Shown here in pieces: positions 1 to 3,822 of a DNA stretch of 5,292 bases. Position 1 is the stretch's first letter. Each line of letters begins with the position of its first letter. The notes under the pieces are model-generated. The model saw nothing but the letters and a program-made list of their open reading frames with translations. It had not been told where the DNA came from and did not search any database. Source of the DNA: a virus; the IMG/VR virus record IMGVR_UViG_3300045988_008161, positions 1 to 5,292 of that record; one strand, written 5' to 3'. A program made the position numbers and the translations under genes.

Positions 1-89
1 AGACAACATCTGGGGAATGGGCAATGTAATAATTGCAGAGGCGTCACCAGAAACAATGACGTATGTAGCGGGATACGTGACAAAAAAAG
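1..89. repeat. Terminal direct repeat, left copy (assembly redundancy of a circular genome)
   Basis: The 89 nt agacaacatctgggg...gtgacaaaaaaag are identical base for base to 5204..5292. The offset is 5203 nt. Confidence 0.97.
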
Positions 90-445
90 CCTACGGCAAC
101 GACACAAAACGATACAATGAGCTAGGGCTACCAGCGCCTTACTGCTGCATGTCACGAAATCCGGGTCTAGGATACGACTACTACCAAGAGCACAAAGAGC
201 AAATGTACAAAGACGATGGGCTATATTTTAACGGCAAAAAAAGACCCATTCCAAGGTACTTTGACAAGATGCAAGAAGCTGAGAATCCCAAAAGGCTATG
301 GGAAGTCAAAGAAAAAAGGCAGTCAAGCGCAATAAATGCACTTAAAGTAAAAATGTCAAACACAGACGTGACCATAGAGCAGCAAGGGAAAATTAAAGAA
401 AAGAATCTCAGAGAACGCTTTAGTAAAGCAAGGGGAATTCTCTAA
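1..445 (+). CDS. VP4: Replication initiation protein VP4 (HUH rolling-circle endonuclease), C-terminal part; same gene as 4626..5292 across the circular junction
   Basis: Reading frame starts at base 2 and is open from the window edge to TAA at 443..445. It contains RCR motif 3, YVAGYVTKK, with two Tyr codons at 62..64 and 74..76 (spacing as in phiX174 gpA YVAKY). Bases 1..89 are identical to 5204..5292, which joins this fragment in frame to 4626..5292. Confidence 0.92.
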   Translation, partial: DNIWGMGNVIIAEASPETMTYVAGYVTKKAYGNDTKRYNELGLPAPYCCMSRNPGLGYDYYQEHKEQMYKDDGLYFNGKKRPIPRYFDKMQEAENPKRLWEVKEKRQSSAINALKVKMSNTDVTIEQQGKIKEKNLRERFSKARGIL

Positions 446-454
446 ATGGTGTCA

Positions 455-490
455 GTGGGCCTAATCCTATCAAGAAACGATTAGGCCCAC
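455..490 (+). other. Perfect 12-bp stem-loop 10 nt after the VP4 stop
   Basis: GTGGGCCTAATC (455..466) and GATTAGGCCCAC (479..490) are exact reverse complements around a 12-nt loop, ctatcaagaaac. No T-run follows on either strand, so it is not a classical terminator. It could be an mRNA 3' stabiliser or an ssDNA structural element. Confidence 0.7.
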
Positions 491-530
491 AACTAAACTT
501 CACAGCTATTCGTGGCTAAACAAAAGCATC

Positions 531-574
531 ATAAAAACAAAAAGGGGTCTCCCGTCGCCACGGGAGACCCCTTT
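531..574. terminator. Intrinsic terminator hairpin, bidirectional in form but much stronger in the minus orientation
   Basis: The stem GGGGTCTCCCG (544..554) / CGGGAGACCCC (561..571) has a 6-nt loop. On the + strand only TTT follows (572..574). On the minus strand the stem is followed by TTTTTGTTTTT (complement of 533..543). It is the only terminator-like structure downstream of VP4. Confidence 0.7.
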
Positions 575-581
575 CGTATAC

Positions 582-605
582 GCCCCTCGTAGGGGCTACC
601 GAGGG
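582..605. other. Small GC hairpin with an alternative pairing
   Basis: GCCCCT (582..587) cgt AGGGGC (591..596). Alternatively CCCTCG (584..589) pairs with CGAGGG (600..605). Confidence 0.5.
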
Positions 606-633
606 ACGAAGCGAATCACAAGCTCAATCACAG

Positions 634-676
634 TACACGCGCACGCACGCGCGAAACGCGCACGCACGCACGTGTA
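634..676. repeat. Two 20-nt alternating pyrimidine-purine (CG/CA) tracts separated by AAA; imperfect palindrome and 13-nt direct repeat
   Basis: 634..653 (tacacgcgcacgcacgcgcg) and 657..676 (cgcgcacgcacgcacgtgta) alternate strictly Y-R. CGCGCACGCACGC occurs at 638..650 and 657..669. Folding about position 655 gives 15 Watson-Crick pairs plus 5 C-A mismatches on the + strand. On the minus strand those five positions become G-T (G-U) wobbles. Confidence 0.85.
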
Positions 677-710
677 TTTGCAAACATCATCTATTATATA
701 TAACTTGTTG
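677..710. promoter_or_regulatory. AT-rich tract flanking the trinucleotide repeat (candidate DNA-unwinding element)
   Basis: 8 G+C in 34 nt by hand count. It contains the 10-bp palindrome TTATATATAA (694..703). On the minus strand it carries a perfect TATAAT (complement of 693..698). Confidence 0.4.
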
Positions 711-725
711 TAGTAGTAGTAGTAG
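711..725 (+). repeat. (TAG)5 trinucleotide repeat, equal to five DnaA-trio-type motifs (3'-GAT-5')
   Basis: tagtagtagtagtag is read directly. GGAG (726..729), a 4-nt G-rich cluster (CTCC on the minus strand), lies between the repeat and the first TGTTGAA repeat. Confidence 0.9.
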
Positions 726-729
726 GGAG

Positions 730-746
730 TGTTGAAATGTTGAATA
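730..746 (-). promoter_or_regulatory. Two tandem DnaA-box-like 9-mers (iterons), 8-nt period, next to the GC cluster and trios
   Basis: The minus strand reads TATTCAACA (746..738) and ATTTCAACA (738..730). On the + strand this is TGTTGAA at 730..736 and 738..744. Confidence 0.55.
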
Positions 747-803
747 CTATGAATTTTTATCCTTGGAACGATATTTTTTGGCTAATTTTAATGTTAATAC
801 TTT

Positions 804-831
804 TGTGGATAACTTGTTGAATTGTTGAAAG
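804..831 (-). promoter_or_regulatory. Perfect consensus DnaA box plus two iterons
   Basis: The minus strand reads CTTTCAACA (831..823), AATTCAACA (823..815), ag, TTATCCACA (812..804). TTATCCACA is the canonical high-affinity DnaA box. Confidence 0.65.
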
Positions 832-841
832 TGTAGCAATA

Positions 842-861
842 TGCACAAAACCATTTGTGCA
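842..861. promoter_or_regulatory. 20-bp palindrome (possible dimeric-protein operator or hairpin) between the two box clusters
   Basis: TGCACAAA (842..849) acca TTTGTGCA (854..861); the arms are exact reverse complements. Confidence 0.5.
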
Positions 862-867
862 ACTTTT

Positions 868-915
868 TGTGGAAAACCTGTTGAAAGTGTTGAAAGTGTT
901 GAAAACTGTGGTTAA
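868..915 (-). promoter_or_regulatory. Run of five tandem DnaA-box-like 9-mers
   Basis: The minus strand reads TTAACCACA (915..907) g TTTTCAACA (905..897) CTTTCAACA (896..888) CTTTCAACA (887..879) gg TTTTCCACA (876..868). TTTTCCACA fits the relaxed consensus TTWTNCACA. The iteron TTTTCAACA differs from it by one base. Confidence 0.6.
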
Positions 916-947
916 AGGCAGTCCGGAGAGCGAAACCAGAAAGTCAC

Positions 948-987
948 GTCATGCTCTTCGTACGGCGCACCGCGCCTAGCGCATGAC
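948..987. other. Compound stem-loop just upstream of the promoter
   Basis: Outer stem GTCATGC (948..954) / GCATGAC (981..987). Inner hairpin GGCGC (964..968) acc GCGCC (972..976). Confidence 0.5.
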
Positions 988-1012
988 CTCAAAGAAAAGT
1001 TTAAAAAACCTA

Positions 1013-1041
1013 TTGACAAAAGAAGAACCATGTGGTATATA
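1013..1041 (+). promoter_or_regulatory. Strong sigma70-type promoter with extended -10
   Basis: TTGACA (1013..1018), a 17-nt spacer, TG at 1033..1034, and TATATA (1036..1041). An A/T-rich UP-like tract lies at 991..1010. AAGGAG (1051..1056) and the first ATG (1063) follow directly. Confidence 0.75.
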
Positions 1042-1062
1042 GAGCAATAAAAGGAGTGCAGA

Positions 1063-1260
1063 ATGGACGATAGAGCATATTATGAGCTGTATAAAGGGCA
1101 CAGAGAACCAAAAACAGATGATGAATATGAATACATCATCAAAAAGCTTTACAGGCAGCTCAAAAAAGCGTATACTGTAGAAGAGGCGAAAGCCATCATA
1201 GAAGAAATCTACAAATACAAAGGCCAAAAGGCAGAAATGGAGTTGAACAAATGGCATTAA
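1063..1260 (+). CDS. Hypothetical protein, 65 aa, Tyr/Lys/Glu-rich, predicted helical (ORFan)
   Basis: ORF track entry. AAGGAG lies 6 nt upstream of the ATG and the ORF is first behind the promoter. I recognise no family. Confidence 0.6.
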   Translation: MDDRAYYELYKGHREPKTDDEYEYIIKKLYRQLKKAYTVEEAKAIIEEIYKYKGQKAEMELNKWH

Positions 1261-1394
1261 TCAGTGTAAAGGACGTTAAGAACGCCATCAAAATCATGAT
1301 GGAAATTCTCGAAAAGCTGGACGCGATTTATCACGCGCTGCACGACAAGGAGGATGAAAGCAATGGCAAAACGTACAAAGATGACCAGCAGTAA
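1251..1394 (+). CDS. Hypothetical protein, 47 aa (ORFan, below the ORF-track length cutoff)
   Basis: Hand translation is MALISVKDVKNAIKIMMEILEKLDAIYHALHDKEDESNGKTYKDDQQ. GGAG (1239..1242) lies 8 nt upstream. The ORF overlaps the upstream ORF by 10 nt and the downstream ORF by 32 nt, which keeps the coupled gene chain unbroken. Confidence 0.4.
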   Translation: MALISVKDVKNAIKIMMEILEKLDAIYHALHDKEDESNGKTYKDDQQ

Positions 1395-1482
1395 GGACAA
1401 AAAAGTCTTTACCCAGACGGCAAAGAAGACTAAGGCCGTCAACGTAAGCCCGAAAAACATGCGAGGAGGCACGAGACTGTAA
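1363..1482 (+). CDS. VP8: Small highly basic DNA-binding/packaging protein (phiX174 J analogue; gokushovirus ORF8/VP8-like), 39 aa
   Basis: Hand translation is MAKRTKMTSSKDKKVFTQTAKKTKAVNVSPKNMRGGTRL, with 12 Lys/Arg against 1 acidic residue. The K/R-rich N-terminus, the F..TA motif and the C-terminal MRGGxRL match my recollection of microvirus ORF8-type proteins. AAGGAGG (1347..1353) lies 9 nt upstream. An in-frame ATG at 1354 is too close to the SD. Confidence 0.65.
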   Translation: MAKRTKMTSSKDKKVFTQTAKKTKAVNVSPKNMRGGTRL

Positions 1483-1724
1483 TGCTTAAAAAATATTATG
1501 CAATTTACGACAAAGTGGCCAAGAGCTACAGCGGACTTTTCGAGCAGCAGAACGACGCAGTCGCAAGCAGACTCTTTGAGAGCCAGCAGAAGAACAAAGA
1601 CAGCTTCATCAGCGTGAAGCCGGAGGACTTCCAACTGCACTATATCTGCACCATGGAGGACGAAACCGGCCAAATCATCGATAACACCAAAATGCTGGTG
1701 TGTGAGGGCAAGCCCAATGAGTGA
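1482..1724 (+). CDS. VP5: Non-structural protein VP5-like (Chlamydia-phage ORF5 family), 80 aa
   Basis: ORF track entry. YAIYDKVAKSYSGLF..QNDAVASRLF ... PEDFQLHYI...DETGQI matches the recalled VP5 pattern (Y.D.K...Y..PF...ND..A.R.F ... PEDF.L..IG..DD.TG). ATG 1482 overlaps the upstream stop (TAATG). GAGGAGG is at 1463..1469. Confidence 0.7.
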   Translation: MLKKYYAIYDKVAKSYSGLFEQQNDAVASRLFESQQKNKDSFISVKPEDFQLHYICTMEDETGQIIDNTKMLVCEGKPNE

Positions 1725-2193
1725 GTTTAGAAGCGCATACAGCGGCCACGTGAGGCATACGAGTCTGACCGGGGACGGACACGAACCCGAATACGAGTAC
1801 AAAGTAACCGAAACCGGCAGGGAGCTGGTGAAAACCGGCGAAAACGACGTCTATGCACTCATCCAGAGCCGACTGGATGAAACCAAAATCGAAAACATCA
1901 TCAAAAGAGCGACCTACGACCCGACTGCACTGGGCAGTTTTGACTGGACGAACAGCGAACAGATGGTGGACATCACCGACGCGCCGACGGACTATCACAC
2001 ATGGTACAACCGCATCGAGGACGCAAAAAAGCAGTTTGAAGCACTGCCTATCGAAATCAAAAACAAATGGGACAACGACGTGGAAAAGTACGTCATGGCC
2101 TACGGCACAGCAGAATGGGCCGACAAGATGGGTCTCCTGAAGGAAGAAAAGCCGGCTGAAAACGCGACAGAGAAAAAGGAGGCAGCAGAGTGA
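1717..2193 (+). CDS. VP3: Internal scaffolding protein VP3, 158 aa
   Basis: The ORF track gives a GTG start at 1702. I prefer ATG 1717 (MSEFRS...) because GAGGG (1704..1708) lies 8 nt upstream of it. The protein is acidic, and its C-terminal block DAKKQFEALPIEIKNKWDNDVEKYVMAY resembles the conserved gokushovirus VP3 scaffold motif as recalled. The stop overlaps the VP1 start (GTGA). Confidence 0.8.
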   Translation: MSEFRSAYSGHVRHTSLTGDGHEPEYEYKVTETGRELVKTGENDVYALIQSRLDETKIENIIKRATYDPTALGSFDWTNSEQMVDITDAPTDYHTWYNRIEDAKKQFEALPIEIKNKWDNDVEKYVMAYGTAEWADKMGLLKEEKPAENATEKKEAAE

Positions 2194-3782
2194 ACCGCAA
2201 CAGTGAATACAACTTTGCACAGAATCCGCAAGTAGGAGTAAGCCGAAGCAGATTCCAGCGCAACAGCGACAGCAAAACCACCTTCAACACGGGCGACCTC
2301 ATCCCGATTTATCTGGATGAGGTATTACCAGGAGACACGCACGAAATCGACATGGCCTGTGTCATGCGTATGGCAACGCCCATCTTTCCTGTCATGGACA
2401 ATGCTTTCTGCGACTTCTACTTCTTCTTCGTGCCGAACAGACTGCTGTGGGAACACTGGAAAGAGTTTATGGGCGAAAACAAAGAAACCGCATGGACGCC
2501 TAAAACAGAGTACAGCGTCCCGCAGGTCACAGCACCGGCAGAAGGTTGGGAAGAAGGAACTCTGGCGGACTATCTTGGTCTGCCTACCAAAGTAAAGGGC
2601 ATAAGCGTGAGCGCTCTGCCGGGCCGGGCATACGGCCTTATCTATAACGAGTGGTTTCGAAACCAAAACGTGACACAACCGACACTTGTAGAGGTAACGG
2701 ACGCAACCACAACCGGCAAAAACGACGGCAGCAAAACCAACGACAGCGCAATCACGCTAGCAAAGCCTCTCAAAGCGGCGAAGGTGTTTGACTACTACAC
2801 CGGAGCGTTGCCGGAGCCGCAGAAAGGCGAGCCGATTCAGCTACCTCTGGTAGGAGCAGCACCGATAAAGGCATACAGCGAGAAAGAGCTGAAAAACGTA
2901 AGAAACACGTTTACGTGGATAGCATCGGCAAATCCCATCGAAGTAGCAAACGTGAACAAAGACGGAACAATAGCAAACGGTCTGCCGACCAACTCATACA
3001 TGGGTGCAGACCTTAGCAGCGTCACCGCAGCAACCATCAATCAACTCCGACAGGCATTCCAAATTCAGAAGCTGCTGGAAAAAGACGCACGCGGCGGCAC
3101 GAGATACCGCGAAGTGTTGAGAGAGCACTTTGGAGTTATCTCACCTGACAGCCGGATGCAGATTCCGGAGTATCTGGGCGGCTACAGACTGCCTATTAAC
3201 GTGTCTCAGGTTATCCAGACCTCTTCGACCGACAACACGAGTCCGCTGGGCAACACGGCAGCGCTGAGCGTAACCACGATGAACAAACCTATGTTTACCA
3301 AGTCCTTTACGGAACACGGCTTTATCATGGGACTCGCAGTGGTACGAACCGACCAGACCTATCAGCAGGGCATCGAACGCATGTGGAGCCGCACCGGACG
3401 ATATGACTACTATTGGCCGGTACTGGCAAACATCGGCGAACAGGCCATTCTCAACAAAGAAATCTATGCACAGGGCAACACAAAGGACAATGAAGCATTC
3501 GGCTATCAGGAAGCATGGGCCGACTATCGGTATAAGCCGAGTAAGGTTACTGGCCTGTTCCGAAGCAACGCAAAACAGAGTCTCGATGCATGGCACTATG
3601 CACAGGACTACGACGCACTGCCTACTCTGAGCACCGCTTGGATGGAACAGGGCGAAGCCGAGATGAAGCGAACTCTTGCAGTACAGTCTCAGCCGGACTT
3701 TATCGCAGACTTTTACTTCATGAACAAAACAACGCGGTGTATGCCGGTGTACTCCATTCCGGGACTCATCGACCATCACTAA
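2190..3782 (+). CDS. VP1: Major capsid protein VP1 (Microviridae F-like jelly roll), 530 aa, GTG start
   Basis: ORF track entry. Hallmark microvirus VP1 blocks are RSRF, TTFNTGDLIPIYLDEVLPGDT, MATPIFPVMDN, FFFVPNRLLW, INQLRQAFQIQKLLEKDARGGTRY and IPEYLGG. AAGGAGG (2176..2182) lies 7 nt before GTG 2190. The first in-frame ATG lies inside conserved sequence. Confidence 0.95.
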   Translation: MNRNSEYNFAQNPQVGVSRSRFQRNSDSKTTFNTGDLIPIYLDEVLPGDTHEIDMACVMRMATPIFPVMDNAFCDFYFFFVPNRLLWEHWKEFMGENKETAWTPKTEYSVPQVTAPAEGWEEGTLADYLGLPTKVKGISVSALPGRAYGLIYNEWFRNQNVTQPTLVEVTDATTTGKNDGSKTNDSAITLAKPLKAAKVFDYYTGALPEPQKGEPIQLPLVGAAPIKAYSEKELKNVRNTFTWIASANPIEVANVNKDGTIANGLPTNSYMGADLSSVTAATINQLRQAFQIQKLLEKDARGGTRYREVLREHFGVISPDSRMQIPEYLGGYRLPINVSQVIQTSSTDNTSPLGNTAALSVTTMNKPMFTKSFTEHGFIMGLAVVRTDQTYQQGIERMWSRTGRYDYYWPVLANIGEQAILNKEIYAQGNTKDNEAFGYQEAWADYRYKPSKVTGLFRSNAKQSLDAWHYAQDYDALPTLSTAWMEQGEAEMKRTLAVQSQPDFIADFYFMNKTTRCMPVYSIPGLIDHH

Positions 3783-3792
3783 GAAAGGAGGA

Positions 3793-3817
3793 AGCCGGGG
3801 CAAAACCCGGCTATTTT
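3793..3817 (+). terminator. Short hairpin plus T-run between VP1 and VP2 (attenuator and/or translation-initiation structure)
   Basis: AGCCGGG (3793..3799) gcaaaa CCCGGCT (3806..3812), followed by aTTTTa (3813..3818). It sits between an otherwise orphan AAGGAGG (3785..3791) and the VP2 ATG (3823). Confidence 0.55.
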
Positions 3818-3822
3818 AGTAC

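Noticed and set aside
467-478. The hairpin loop at 467..478 contains, on the minus strand, CTTGATA, matching the phiX174 nick-site core
   Set aside because: The match is on the non-viral strand, whereas the rolling-circle nick must be in the + strand. A 7-mer match is also within chance expectation.
446-484. 12-codon ORF (MVSVGLILSRND) starting at the TAAATG junction after VP4
   Set aside because: It is too short, has no SD, and runs into the 455..490 hairpin.
540-610. GC-rich hairpin cluster as a tRNA or tRNA-like gene
   Set aside because: No cloverleaf can be drawn, and there are no T-loop (GTTCRANYC) or D-loop signatures.
677-800. XerC/XerD dif-like or attP site, as used by some integrating gokushoviruses
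   Set aside because: The AT-rich palindrome TTATATATAA and TAATGTTAAT (789..798) were compared by eye with recalled E. coli and B. subtilis dif sequences. I could not align an 11-6-11 arm/spacer/arm arrangement. This is not excluded for an unknown host.
730-905. TGTTGAA repeat clusters as a CRISPR array
   Set aside because: The repeats are 7-9 nt and directly tandem (8-9 nt period) or clustered. There are no 25-40 nt unique spacers.
841-915. 24-codon ORF MHKTICATFCGKPVESVESVENCG
   Set aside because: It has no SD. Its repetitive VES-VES sequence simply translates the tandem 9-mer iterons.
1257-3803. Long minus-strand ORFs (1257..1802, 1675..2220, 2325..2678, 3141..3803, and also 976..1257, 181..375, 3862..4086, 4133..4369, 4622..4879)
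   Set aside because: All lie antisense to well-supported + strand genes. Their products are Cys/Phe/Leu/Val-rich and low in complexity, as expected of antisense frames. None has a convincing SD (3141..3803 would start at TTG with none). Microviridae encode their proteins on one strand.
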